The notes under the pieces were generated by a model that was not told the DNA's origin, ran no database searches, and worked only from the letters and a program-made list of their open reading frames with translations. The position numbers and the translations under genes were made by a program. Below, piece by piece: positions 39,901 to 54,106 of a stretch of DNA of 64,000 nucleotides. This DNA comes from Nemertoderma westbladi (lineage: Eukaryota > Animalia > Xenacoelomorpha). The stretch lies in the NCBI GenBank assembly GCA_032718475.1, contig JAUCBJ010003156.1, positions 27,489-91,488 on the forward strand, given 5' to 3'. The stretch's first letter is position 1. Each line of letters opens with the position of its first letter.

Positions 39901-39990
39901 CAGATAGGGGGAGACACCTACATTGTATTACCTTACCTGATTACAAGCTCCATCTTCTTGTGGTAATTTTGATTGTTTCTCAAACGGCAT
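33777..39990 (-). CDS. LRRC72: Leucine-rich repeat-containing protein 72-like; join(39990-39937, 38834-38664, 37858-37687, 37179-37090, 36867-36717, 33957-33777), 819 nt, 272 aa
   Basis: All introns are GT-AG with consistent phases (0,0,1,1,2). The protein has SDS22-like LRRs (LSRFKNLQRLWLNDNLL, ITELYLQGNEL, LHYLTCLRKLLLHNNQI), an LRRcap (GNPVAKEREYRPYVVYYLPQVDILDR) and a C-terminus KRSTREYTRFDWSIVP...QVITIRFK* resembling vertebrate LRRC72. Confidence 0.9.
34043..36501. repeat. 18/17-bp minisatellite (~140 units) inside the last LRRC72 intron
   Basis: CGGTTCTTCCGTGTGACA (18 bp) mixed with CGGTTCTTCCGTGTGCA (17 bp); dyad CCGTGT-G-ACACGG. Confidence 0.98.
36717..36867 (-). CDS. LRRC72: LRRC72-like coding exon 5
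   Basis: ctacag|AAATT...AACG|gtgagt; 151 nt; EIQLHERKEAMTLFDEHTANLQRTIGFGNRV... Confidence 0.88.
37090..37179 (-). CDS. LRRC72: LRRC72-like coding exon 4 (LRRcap)
   Basis: ttttag|ATTTC...CTAG|gttggt; 90 nt; NFLGNPVAKEREYRPYVVYYLPQVDILDRL. Not in the ORF track. Confidence 0.9.
   Translation of the reverse strand: MSWVIQLLRNENIDHMLFIIYLKLTYWID
37580..37636 (+). other. Possible degenerate tRNA-derived SINE head fragment
   Basis: Anticodon-like stem CCAGA-CTTCCA-TCTGG followed by B-box-like GTTCGATCCC; no complete cloverleaf. Confidence 0.25.
37687..37858 (-). CDS. LRRC72: LRRC72-like coding exon 3
   Basis: ttgcag|GATAAT...CTAA|gtaagt; 172 nt; DNCRITELYLQGNEL...LDLRIL. Confidence 0.92.
38013..38670. 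repeat. 31-bp degenerate minisatellite in LRRC72 intron 2, overlapping the splice donor and interrupted by a 165-bp insert
   Basis: Unit AATAAGACAGTACCTGTAATGTTTTGCTGCA (period 31, e.g. 38591/38622); interrupted at 38219-38383. Confidence 0.92.
38664..38834 (-). CDS. LRRC72: LRRC72-like coding exon 2
   Basis: tttcag|GCAATC...TTACAG|gtaatg; 171 nt; AIKRQLSKQ...VSELYLGRLRL...RLWLNDNLLRNLGSSLQ. Confidence 0.9.
39937..39990 (-). CDS. LRRC72: LRRC72-like coding exon 1 (MPFEKQSKLPQEDGACNQ)
   Basis: ATG at 39990, preceded by acceptor-like TTCTTACCAG|C; donor CAG|GTAAGG; 54 nt, phase 0. Confidence 0.7.
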
Positions 39991-40097
39991 GCTGGTAAGA
40001 ATTAATTAATATAAAGTATTAATTATTTATTGAAAAAAAATAATTGGTTTATAACAGAACTATGATAGAAACTATACGATTTGGAAACTGAAAGAAC

Positions 40098-40474
40098 GCC
40101 TACCGCGGCCTACCGCGGCCTACCGCGGCCTACCGCGGCCTACCGCGGCCTACCGCGGCCTACCGCAGCCTACCGCGACCTACCGCGGCCTACCGCGACC
40201 TACCGCGACCTACCGCGGCCTACCGCGACCTACCGTGGCCTACCGCGGCCCACCGTGGCCTACCGCGACCCACCGCGGCCTACCGTGGCCTACCGCGACC
40301 TACCGTGGCCTACCGCGGCCTACCGCGGCCTACCGCGGCCTACCGCGGCCTACCGCGGCCTACCGCGGCCTACCGCGACCTGCCGTGGCCTACCGCGGCC
40401 CACCGTGGCCTACCGCGACCCACCGCGGCCTACAGCAGCCTACCGCGGCCTACCGTGGCCTACCGCGGCCTACC
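40098..40474. repeat. GC-rich 10-bp minisatellite (CCTACCGCGG)n, ~37 copies
   Basis: Direct reading; lies ~110 bp upstream of the LRRC72 ATG, possibly within a 5'UTR intron. Confidence 0.97.
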
Positions 40475-40710
40475 TCATAATTTTTATGGTTTCAAATTCT
40501 TGTAAATTCCAACGTATATTGGATACTGTTGAAATTCTAAATGATCAGTATATATATATATGGGCCTACAATATAAATGAATATGGAATAATTCGTAGAT
40601 AATTATACTGCTGACAGTAAAACGAATAAGGAACTCTCTAGCTAATATTGTTTGTGTGAATTCATTTTACGAGTAAGGAACGGCTTTAGTTTCAGTTGAA
40701 TTTCTTCACG

Positions 40711-40724
40711 GTTGTTATGACAAC
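40711..40724. promoter_or_regulatory. RFX X-box motif upstream of the LRRC72-like gene
   Basis: GTTGTTATGACAAC matches the X-box consensus GTHNYY-AT-RRNAAC on both strands, ~720 bp upstream of the ATG. X-boxes are characteristic of ciliary gene promoters. Confidence 0.6.
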
Positions 40725-41026
40725 TGCATTGCCAAGATACGTAAATTTATTGCCAAAAAATAATGAGTTATTTTATTACTTTACTGTGGATATATCTCAG
40801 TCACGTGTGCGGTAATATTTAATTTTAATATCACAATAAATTTATTGCTTCCCAAGTTAATTTAATATGTAGCATTATTAAAATAAATTATTTAATTGAT
40901 TTAATTGAATTCCCATCAACGGCCTATGTGGAGTAGCGTACCGGTACTCCATTAGCACACTGCACATGCCAGGATTTCTGCCCAAGACTTATATTTCTCT
41001 TTCATTTATCGCCAGACCAATTGCCA

Positions 41027-41970
41027 ATTAATGGACATTACTTGGGCCAGGTCACCCGATAATATTAATGGGCATTACTTGGGCCAGGTCACCCGATAAT
41101 ATTAATGGGCATTACTTGGGCCAGGTCACCCGATAATATTAATGGACATTACTTGGGCCAGGTCACCCGATAATATTAATGGGCATTACTTGGGCCAGGT
41201 CACCCGATAATATTAATGGGCATTACTTGGGCCAGGTCACCCGATAATATTAATGGGCATTACTTGGGCCAGGTCACCCGATAATATTAATGGACATTAC
41301 TTGGGCCAGGTCACCCGATAATATTAATGGGCATTACTTGGGCCAGGTCACCCGATAATATTAATGGGCATTACTTGGGCCAGGTCACCCGATAATATTA
41401 ATGGGCATTACTTGGGCCAGGTCACCCGATAATATTAATGGGCATTACTTGGGCCAGGTCACCCGATAATATTAATGGGCATTACTTGGGCCAGGTCACC
41501 CGATAATATTGATGGGCATTACTTGGGCCAGGTCACCCGATAATATTAATGGGCATTACTTGGGCCAGGTCACCCGATAATATTAATGGGCATTACTTGG
41601 GCCAGGTCACCCGATAATATTAATGGGCATTACTTGGGCCAGGTCACCCGATAATATTAATGGGCATTACTTGGGCCAGGTCACCCGATAATGTTAATGG
41701 GCATTACTTGGGCCAGGCCACCCGATAATATTAATGGGCATTACTTGGGCCAGGTCACCCGATAATATTAATGGGCATTACTTGGGCCAGGTCACCCGAT
41801 AATATTAATGGGCATTACTTGGGCCAGGTCACCCGATAATATTAATGGGCATTACTTGGGCCAGGTCACCCGATAATATTAATGGGCATTACTTGGGCCA
41901 GGTCACCCGATAATATTAATGGACATTACTTGGGCCAGGTCACCCGATAATATTAATGGGCATTACTTGG
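41027..41970. repeat. 37-bp minisatellite, ~25 nearly identical copies
   Basis: ATTAATGGGCATTACTTGGGCCAGGTCACCCGATAAT, period 37, no spacers. Confidence 0.98.
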
Positions 41971-42004
41971 GTTGAATCTAACCGAAACAATAAACAAATT
42001 GTGT

Positions 42005-42733
42005 CTGATGTCTGCTGACGGTTGTCTGCTGTGTGTCAGGTACTGTCGATTGTCTGTTGTCGGGTGTCGCTTCACTGCTGTCGGTTGTCGCTTGTGTGCT
42101 GTCGGTTGTTTGCTGTTGGTTGACTGTTGTGGGTGGTCTGCTGTCGGTTATCTATTGTCGGTTGTCTGCTGTCGGTTGTCTGCTGTCTGTTGCTTGCTGT
42201 CGGTGGTCTGCTGTAGGTTGTCTGCTGTCGGTTGACTGCTGTCGGTTGACTGCTGTCGGATGTCTGCTGTCGGTTGCCGGATGTCTACTGTCGATTGTCG
42301 CTTGTGTGCTGTCGGTTGTCTGCTGTCGGTTGTCTGCTGTCGGTTGTGTGCTGTCGTTTGTCTGCTGCCGGTTGATTGCTGCCGGTTTCTGCTGTCGGTT
42401 GTCTGCTGTCTGTTGACTACTGAGGGTTGTCAGCTTCGGTTGTCTATTGTCGGTTGACTGCTGTCGGTTGTCTGCTGTCTGTTGTCGGATGTCTACTGTC
42501 GGTTGTCGCTTGTGTGCTGTCGGTTGTTTGCTCTTGGTTGTCTGATGTCGTTTGTCTGCTGTCGGTTGTCTGATGTCGTTTGTCTGCTGTCGGTTGTCTG
42601 ATGTCGTTTGTCTGCTGTCGGTTGTCTGCTGTCGGTTGTCTGCAGTCGGTTATCTGCAGTTGGTTGTCTGCTGTCGGTTGTCTGCAGTCGGTTGTCTGCT
42701 GTCGGTTGTCTGCTTCGGTTGTCGGCTGTCGGT
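42005..42733. repeat. Degenerate 14-bp GT-rich minisatellite (GTCGGTTGTCTGCT)n
   Basis: Direct reading; built from 7-bp subunits, more diverged than the neighbouring arrays. Confidence 0.93.
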
Positions 42734-43278
42734 GTAACGTTTACACCGGTAATATATATATTAATTTAAAATTAATATATATATTTTATGGATTATATTA
42801 TTTCCCAAATGAAGGTAAAGTATCCAGCAAACGTTGGATAAATGTATCAAAGCAATTTTATATTATTATTGATTTTCAGCACTTCTGCGCTGAATAAAAA
42901 AAGCAACTCAATATTAACAGAAAACTACAGCACAGCCTCTTATTGAAGTAGGCATAGAGCATCATAGGTTATAATATGTTGAGCATTATTGATTTTAATC
43001 ACACCCAGATATTGATTATACATTAAATATTGTTACCCAAATGGGATAAAACTAGTAGTATTATCAAGAGCCCAAGATAATAGTGATTATACGCGTTATT
43101 ATAATTTTGTTATTTAATTATTATTATTTATTATTTAATCATTATTCTAATAAATAATCAATACATATCTTCTATCCTATCCCTTCCGTTAAAAAATAGT
43201 GTAAAAGTTTAGATTTTGTTTGCCATTGGTGTACCCCACTCGAAACGGCATGGCCCTTAATATATCTGAGGCCACCCG

Positions 43279-46200
43279 ACCCATGCACCATTAGGTTAAT
43301 TAGATAGCCACCCATGCACCACTAGGTTAATTATATAGCCACCCATGCACAACTCGGTTAATTATACAGCCACCCATGCACCGCTAGGTTAATTATATAG
43401 CCACCCATGCACAACAAGGTTAATTATACAGCCACCCATACACCATTAGGTTAATTATATAGCCACCCATACACAATTAGGTTAATTATACAGCCACCCA
43501 TACACCATTAGGTTAATTATACAGCCACCCATACACAATTAGGTTAATTATACAGCCACCCATGCACCGCTAGGTTAATTATATAGCCACCCATGCACAA
43601 CAAGGTTAATTATACAGCCACCCATACACCATTAGGTTAATTATATAGCCACCCATGCACCATTAGGTTAATTATATAGCCACCCATGCACCACTAGGTT
43701 AATTATACAGCCACCCATGCACCACTAGGTTAATTATACAGCCACCCATACACAATTAGGTTAATTATACAGCCACCCATGCACCGCTAGGTTAATTATA
43801 TAGCCACCCATGCACAACAAGGTTAATTATACAGCCACCCATACACCATTAGGTTAATTATATAGCCGCCCATGCACCAATAGGTTAATTATATAGCCAC
43901 CCATACACAATTAGGTTAATTATACAGCCACCCATACACCATTAGGTTAATTATACAGCCACCCATACACAATTAGGTTAATTATACAGCCACCCATGCA
44001 CCGCTAGGTTAATTATATAGCCACCCATGCACAACAAGGTTAATTATACAGCCACCCATACACCATTAGGTTAATTATATAGCCACCCATGCACCATTAG
44101 GTTAATTATATAGCCACCCATGCAGCACTAGGTTAATTATACAGCCACCCATGCACCACTAGGTTAATTATACAGCCACCCATACACAATTAGGTTAATT
44201 ATACAGCCACCCATGCACCGCTAGGTTAATTATATAGCCACCCATGCACAACAAGGTTAATTATACAGCCACCCATACACCATTAGGTTAATTATATAGC
44301 CGCCCATGCACCAATAGGTTAATTATTTAGCCACCCATGCACAACTATGTAAATTATATAGCCACCCATGTACAACAAGGTTAATTATATAGCCACCCAT
44401 CATGCACCACTAGGTTAATTATATAGCTACCCATGCACCACTAGGTTAATTATACAGCCATCCATACACCATTAGGTTAATTATATAGCCACCCATGCAC
44501 CACTAGATTAATTATATAGCCACCCATACACCATTAGGTTAATTATATAGCCACCCATACACCATTAGGTTAATTATATAGCCACCCATGCACCACTAGG
44601 TTAATTATACAGCCACCCATGCACCACTAGGTTAATTATACAGCCACCCATACACAATTAGGTTAATTATACAGCCACCCATGCACCACTAGGTTAATTA
44701 TACAGCCACCCATACACAATTAGGTTAATTATATAGCCACCCATACACCATTAGGTTAATTATATAGCCACCCATACACCATTAGGTTAATTATATAGCC
44801 ACCCATGCACCACTAGGTTAATTATACAGACACCCATGCACCACTAGGTTAATTATACAGCCACCCATACACAATTAGGTTAATTATACAGCCACCCATG
44901 CACCACTAGGTTAATTATACAGCCACCCATACACAATTAGGTTAATTATATAGCCACCCATACACCATTAGGTTAATTATATAGCCACCCATGCACCACT
45001 AGGTTAATTATATAGCCACCCATGCACCACTAGGTTAATTATATAGCCACCCATCATGCACCACTAGGTTAATTATATAGCCACCCATGCACAACAAGGT
45101 TAATTATATAGCCACCCATACACCATTAGGTTAATTATATAGCCACCCATGCACCACAAGGTTCATTATATACCCACCCATGCACAACTATGTAAATTAT
45201 ATAGCCACCCATGCACAACAAAGTTAATTATATAGCCACCCATCATGCACCACAAGGTTAATTATATAGCCACCCATGCACCACTAGGTTAATTATACAG
45301 CCACCCATACACAATTAGGTTAATTATACAGCCACCCATGCACCACTAGGTTAATTATATAGCCACCCATGCACCACTAGGTTAATTATATAGCCACCCA
45401 TGCACCACTAGGTTAATTATACAGCCACCCATACACAATTAGGTTAATTATACAGCCACCCATGCACCACTAGGTTAATTATACAGCCATCCATACACAA
45501 TTAGGTTAATTATACAGCCACCCATGCACCACTAGGTTAATTATATAGCCACCCATGCACAATTAGGTTAATTATATAGGTACCCATCATGCACCACTAG
45601 GTTAATTATATAGCCACCCATGCACCACTAGGTTAATTATGTAGCCACCCATGCACCACTAGGTTAATTATATAGCCACCCATCATGCACCACTAGGTTA
45701 ATTATATAGCCACCCATGCACAACAAGGTTAATTATACAGCCACCCATGCACCATTAGGTTAATTATATAGCCACCCATACACCATTAGATTAATTATAT
45801 AGCCACCCATGCACCACTAGGTTAATTATATAGCCACCCATACACCATTAGGTTAATTATATAGCCACCCATGCACCACAAGGTTCATTATATAGCCACC
45901 CATGCACCACTAGGTTAATTATATAGCCACCTATGCACCACTAGGTTAATTATATAGCCACCCATGCACCATTAGGTTAATTATATAGCCACCCATACAC
46001 CATTAGGTTAATTATATAGCCACCCATGCACCATTAGGTTAATTATATAGCCACCCATGCACCATTAGGTTAATTATATAGCCACCTATACACCATTAGG
46101 TTAATTATATAGCCACCCATGCACCACTAGGTTAATTATATAGCCAGCCCTCATGCACCACTAGGTTAATTATATAGCCACCCATACACCATTAGGTTAA

Positions 46201-49200
46201 TTATATAGCCACCCATGCACCACAAGGTTCATTATATAGCCACCCATGCACCACTAGGTTAATTAGATAGCCACCTATGCACCACTAGGTTAATTATATA
46301 GCCACCCATGCACCATTAGGTTAATTATATAGCCACCCATACACCATTAGGTTAATTATAGAGCCACCCATGCACCACTAGGTTAATTATATAGCCACCC
46401 ATGCACCACTAGGTTAATTATATAGCCACCCATGCACCACTAGGTTAATTATATAGCTACCCATGCACCACTAGGTTAATTATATAGCCACCCATGCACC
46501 ACTAGGTTAATTATATAGCCACCCATCATGCACCATTAGGTTAATTATATAGCCACCCATACACCATTAGGTTAATTATATAGCCACCCATGCACCACTA
46601 GGTTAATTATATAGCCACCCCTCATGCACCACTAGGTTAATTATATAGCCACCCATACACCATTAGGTTAATTATATAGCCACCCATGCACCACAAGGTT
46701 CATTATATAGCCACCCATGCACCACAAGGTTCATTATATAGCCACCCATGCACCACTAGGTTAATTATATAGCCACCTATGCACCACTAGGTTAATTATA
46801 TAGCCACCCATGCACCATTAGGTTAATTATATAGCCACCCATACACCATTAGGTTAATTATATAGCCACCCATGCACCATTAGGTTAATTATATAGCCAC
46901 CCATGCACCATTAGGTTAATTATATAGCCACCTATACAACATTAGGTTAATTATATAGCCACCCATGCACCACTAGGTTAATTATATAGCCACCCATACA
47001 CCATTAGGTTAATTACACAGCCACCCATGCACAATTAGGTTAATTATATAGGTACCCATGCACCACTATGTAAATTACGTAGCCACCCATGCACCACTAG
47101 GTTAATTATATAGCCACCCATCATGCACCACTAGGTTAATTATATAGCCACCCATACACCATTAGGTTAATTATATAGCCACCCATGCACCACAAGGTTC
47201 ATTATATAGCCACCCATGCACCACTAGGTTAATTATATAGCCACCTATGCACCACTAGGTTAATTATATAGCCACCCATGCACCACTAGGTTAATTATAC
47301 AACCACCCATACACCATTAGGTTAATTATATAGCCACCCATGCACCACTAGGTTAATTATATAGCTACCCATGCACCACTAGGTTAATTATATAGCCACC
47401 CATGCACCACTAGGTTAATTATATAGCCACCCATCATGCACCATTAGGTTAATTATATAGCCACCCATACACCATTAGGTTAATTATATAGCCACCCATG
47501 CACCACTAGGTTAATTATATAGCCACCCCTCATGCACCACTAGGTTAATTATATAGCCACCCATACACCATTAGGTTAATTATATAGCCACCCATGCACC
47601 ACAAGGTTCATTATATAGCCACCCATGCACCACAAGGTTCATTATATAGCCACCCATGCACCACTAGGTTAATTATATAGCCACCTATGCACCACTAGGT
47701 TAATTATACAACCACCCATACACCATTAGGTTAATTATATAGCCACCCATGCACCACTAGGTTAATTATATAGCTACCCATGCACCACTAGGTTAATTAT
47801 ATAGCCACCCATGCACCACTAGGTTAATTATATAGCCACCCATCATGCACCATTAGGTTAATTATATAGCCACCCATACACCATTAGGTTAATTACACAG
47901 CCACCCATGCACAATTAGGTTAATTATATAGGTACCCATGCACCACTATGTAAATTATGTAGCCACCCATGCACCACTAGGTTAATTATATAGCCACCCA
48001 TCATGCACCACTAGGTTAATTATATAGCCACCCATGCACCACTAGGTTAATTATACAGCCACCCATACACAATTAGGTTAATTATACAGCCACCCATGCA
48101 CCACTAGGTTAATTATATAGCCACCCATGCACCACTAGGTTAATTATATAGCCACCCATGCACCACTAGGTTAATTATACAGCCACCCATACACAATTAG
48201 GTTAATTATACAGCCACCCATGCACCACTAGGTTAATTATACAGCCATCCATACACAATTAGGTTAATTATACAGCCACCCATGCACCACTAGGTTAATT
48301 ATATAGCCACCCATGCACAATTAGGTTAATTATATAGGTACCCATCATGCACCACTAGGTTAATTATATAGCCACCCATGCACCACTAGGTTAATTATGT
48401 AGCCACCCATGCACCACTAGGTTAATTATATAGCCACCCATCATGCACCACTAGGTTAATTATATAGCCACCCATGCACAACAAGGTTAATTATACAGCC
48501 ACCCATGCACCATTAGGTTAATTATATAGCCACCCATACACCATTAGATTAATTATATAGCCACCCATGCACCACTAGGTTAATTATATAGCCACCCATA
48601 CACCATTAGGTTAATTATATAGCCACCCATGCACCACAAGGTTCATTATATAGCCACCCATGCACCACTAGGTTAATTATATAGCCACCTATGCACCACT
48701 AGGTTAATTATATAGCCACCCATGCACCATTAGGTTAATTATATAGCCACCCATACACCATTAGGTTAATTATATAGCCACCCATGCACCATTAGGTTAA
48801 TTATATAGCCACCCATGCACCATTAGGTTAATTATATAGCCACCTATACACCATTAGGTTAATTATATAGCCACCCATGCACCACTAGGTTAATTATATA
48901 GCCAGCCCTCATGCACCACTAGGTTAATTATATAGCCACCCATACACCATTAGGTTAATTATATAGCCACCCATGCACCACAAGGTTCATTATATAGCCA
49001 CCCATGCACCACTAGGTTAATTAGATAGCAACCTATGCACCACTAGGTTAATTATATAGCCACCCATGCACCATTAGGTTAATTATATAGCCACCCATAC
49101 ACCATTAGGTTAATTATAGAGCCACCCATGCACCACTAGGTTAATTATATAGCCACCCATGCACCACTAGGTTAATTATATAGCCACCCATGCACCACTA

Positions 49201-52200
49201 GGTTAATTATATAGCTACCCATGCACCACTAGGTTAATTATATAGCCACCCATGCACCACTAGGTTAATTATATAGCCACCCATCATGCACCATTAGGTT
49301 AATTATATAGCCACCCATACACCATTAGGTTAATTATATAGCCACCCATGCACCACTAGGTTAATTATATAGCCACCCCTCATGCACCACTAGGTTAATT
49401 ATATAGCCACCCATACACCATTAGGTTAATTATATAGCCACCCATGCACCACAAGGTTCATTATATAGCCACCCATGCACCACAAGGTTCATTATATAGC
49501 CACCCATGCACCACTAGGTTAATTATATAGCCACCTATGCACCACTAGGTTAATTATATAGCCACCCATGCACCATTAGGTTAATTATATAGCCACCCAT
49601 ACACCATTAGGTTAATTATATAGCCACCCATGCACCATTAGGTTAATTATATAGCCACCCATGCACCATTAGGTTAATTATATAGCCACCTATACAACAT
49701 TAGGTTAATTATATAGCCACCCATGCACCACTAGGTTAATTATATAGCCACCCATACACCATTAGGTTAATTACACAGCCACCCATGCACAATTAGGTTA
49801 ATTATATAGGTACCCATGCACCACTATGTAAATTATGTAGCCACCCATGCACCACTAGGTTAATTATATAGCCACCCATCATGCACCACTAGGTTAATTA
49901 TATAGCCACCCATACACCATTAGGTTAATTATATAGCCACCCATGCACCACAAGGTTCATTATATAGCCACCCATGCACCACTAGGTTAATTATATAGCC
50001 ACCTATGCACCACTAGGTTAATTATATAGCCACCCATGCACCACTAGGTTAATTATACAACCACCCATACACCATTAGGTTAATTATATAGCCACCCATG
50101 CACCACTAGGTTAATTATATAGCTACCCATGCACCACTAGGTTAATTATATAGCCACCCATGCACCACTAGGTTAATTATATAGCCACCCATCATGCACC
50201 ATTAGGTTAATTATATAGCCACCCATACACCATTAGGTTAATTATATAGCCACCCATGCACCACTAGGTTAATTATATAGCCACCCCTCATGCACCACTA
50301 GGTTAATTATATAGCCACCCATACACCATTAGGTTAATTATATAGCCACCCATGCACCACAAGGTTCATTATATAGCCACCCATGCACCACAAGGTTCAT
50401 TATATAGCCACCCATGCACCACTAGGTTAATTATATAGCCACCTATGCACCACTAGGTTAATTATATAGCCACCCATGCACCATTAGGTTAATTATATAG
50501 CCACACATGCACCATTAGGTTAATTATATAGCCACCCATGCACCATTAGGTTAATTATATAGCCACCTATACAACATTAGGTTAATTATATAGCCACCCA
50601 TGCACCACTAGGTTAATTATATAGCCACCCATACACCATTAGGTTAATTACACAGCCACCCATGCACAATTAGGTTAATTATATAGGTACCCATGCACCA
50701 CTATGTAAATTATGTAGCCACCCATGCACCACTAGGTTAATTATATAGCCACCCATCATGCACCACTAGGTTAATTATATAGCCACCCATACACCATTAG
50801 GTTAATTATATAGCCACCCATGCACCACAAGGTTCATTATATAGCCACCCATGCACCACTAGGTTAATTATATAGCCACCTATGCACCACTAGGTTAATT
50901 ATATAGCCACCAATGCACCACTAGGTTAATTATACAACCACCCATACACCATTAGGTTAATTATATAGCCACCCATGCACCACTAGGTTAATTATATAGC
51001 CACCCATACACCATTAGGTTAATTATACAGCCACCCATGCACCACTAGGTTAATTATATACCCACCCATGCACCATTAGGTTAATTATATAGCCACCCAT
51101 GCACCACTAGGTTAATTATACAGCCACCCATGCACCACTAGGTTAATTATACAGCCACCCATACACAATTAGGTTAATTATACAGCCACCCATGCACCGC
51201 TAGGTTAATTATATAGCCACCCATGCACAACAAGGTTAATTATACAGCCACCCATACACCATTAGGTTAATTATATAGCCGCCCATGCACCAATAGGTTA
51301 ATTATATAGCCACCCATACACAATTAGGTTAATTATACAGCCACCCATACACCATTAGGTTAATTATACAGCCACCCATACACAATTAGGTTAATTATAC
51401 AGCCACCCATGCACCGCTAGGTTAATTATATAGCCACCTATGCACAACAAGGTTAATTATACAGCCACCCATACACCATTAGGTTAATTATATAGCCACC
51501 CATACACCATTAGGTTAATTATACAGCCACCCATGCACCACTAGGTTAATTATATAGCCACCCATCATGCACCACTAGGTTAATTATATAGCCACCCATG
51601 CACCACTAGGTTAATTATACAGCCACCCATGCACCATTAGGTTAATTATATAGCCTCCCATACACCATTAGGTTAATTATATAGCCACCGATACACCATT
51701 AGGTTAATTATATAGCCGCCCATGCACCATTAGCTTAATTATATAGCCACCCATACACCATTAGGTTAATTATATAGCCACCCATGCACCATTAGGTTAA
51801 TTATATAGCCACCCATGCACCATTAGGTTAATTATATAGCCACCTATACACCATTAGGTTAATTATATAGCCACCCATGCACCACTAGGTTAATTATATA
51901 GCCACCCATACACCATTAGGTTAATTACACAGCCACCCATGCACAATTAGGTTAATTATATAGGTACCCATGCACCACTATGTAAATTATGTAGCCACCC
52001 ATGCACCACTAGGTTAATTATATAGCCACCCATGCACCACTAGGTTAATTATATAGCCACCCATCATGCACCATTAGGTTAATTATATAGCCACCCATAC
52101 ACCATTAGGTTAATTATATAGCCACCCATGCACCACTAGGTTAATTATATAGCCACCCCTCATGCACCACTAGGTTAATTATATAGCCACCCATACACCA

Positions 52201-54097
52201 TTAGGTTAATTATACAGCCACCCATGCACCACTAGGTTAATTATATAGCCACCTATGCACCACTAGGTTAATTATATAGCCACCCATGCACCATTAGGTT
52301 AATTATATAGCCACCCATACACCATTAGGTTAATTATAGAGCCACCCATGCACCACTAGGTTAATTATATAGCCACCCATGCACCACTAGGTTAATTATA
52401 TAGCTACCCATGCACCACTAGGTTAATTATATAGCCACCCATGCACCACTAGGTTAATTATATAGCCACCCATCATGCACCATTAGGTTAATTATATAGC
52501 CACCCATACACCATTAGGTTAATTATATAGCCACCCATGCACCACTAGGTTAATTATATAGCCACCCCTCATGCACCACTAGGTTAATTATATAGCCACC
52601 CATACACCATTAGGTTAATTATATAGCCACCCATGCACCACAAGGTTCATTATATAGCCACCCATGCACCATTACGTTAATTATACAGCCACCCATGCAC
52701 CACTAGGTTAATTATACAGCCACCCATGCACCATTAGGTTAATTATATAGCCACCCATGCACCATTAGGTTAATTATATAGCCACCCATGCACCACTAGG
52801 TTAATTATATAGCCACCCATGCACCATTACGTTAATTATATAGCCACCCATGCACCACTAGGTTAATTATATAGCCACCCATCATGCACCACTAGGTTAA
52901 TTATATAGCCACCCATCATGCACCACTAGGTTAATTATACAGCCACCCATGCACCACTAGGTTAATTATATAGCCACCCATACACCATTAGGTTAATTAT
53001 ATAGCCACCTATGCACCACTAGGTTAATTATATAGCCACCCATGCACCATTAGGTTAATTATATAGCCACCCATGCACCATTAGGTTAATTATACAGCCA
53101 CCCATGCACAACTAGGTTAATTATATAGCTACCCATGCACCACTATGTAAATTATGTAGCCACCCATGCACCATTAGGTTAATCATATAGCCACCCATGA
53201 ACCACTAGGTTAATTATATATCCACCCATACACCATTAGGTTAATTATATAGCCACCCATGCACCACTAGGTTAATTATACAGCCACCCATACACAATTA
53301 GGTTAATTATATAGCCACCCATGCACCATTAGGTTAATTATATAGCCACCCATACACAATTAGGTTAATTATATAGCCACCCATGCACCATTAGGTTAAT
53401 TATATAGCCACCCATACACCATTAGGTTAATTATACAGCCACCCATGCACAACTAGGTTAATTATACAGCCACCCATGCACCATTAGGTTAATTATATAG
53501 CCATCCATACACAATTAGGTTAATTATACAGCCACCCATACACCATTAGGTTAATTATATAGCCACCCATCATGCACAACTAGGTTAATTATATAGCCAC
53601 CCATGCACCACTATGTTAATTATACAGCCACCCATGCACCACTATGTTAATTATACAGCCACCCATACACCATTAGGTTAATTATATAGCCACCCATGCA
53701 CCACTAGGTTAATTATACAGCACCCATGCACCACTAGGTTAATTATATAGCCACCCATGCCATGCACAGGACAACTAGGTTAATTATATAGCTACCCATG
53801 CACCACTATGTAAATTATGTAGCCACCTATGCACAACTAGGTTAATTATATAGCCACCCATGCACCACTATGTAAATTATGTAGCCACCTATGCACCACC
53901 AGCCACCCATGCATCACTATGTTAATTATACAGCCACACATGCACCATTAGGTTAATTATATAGCCATCCATACACAATTAGGTTAATTATACAGCCACC
54001 CATACACCATTAGGTTAATTATATAGCCACCCATCATGCACAACTAGGTTAATTATATAGCCACCCATGCACCACTAGGTTAATGATACAGCCACCC
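43279..54097. repeat. 31-bp satellite, ~350 copies (10.8 kb)
   Basis: AGCCACCCAT(G/A)CACCA(C/T)TAGGTTAATTATA(T/C), with 34-bp (+CAT) variants; higher-order periods of 217 bp and ~2757 bp. Confidence 0.99.
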
Positions 54098-54106
54098 AGT
54101 CGGACC

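Noticed and set aside
40081-42897. ORFs such as PTAAYRGL-n and CCRLSAVG-n
   Set aside because: Translations of the 10-bp and 14-bp minisatellites.
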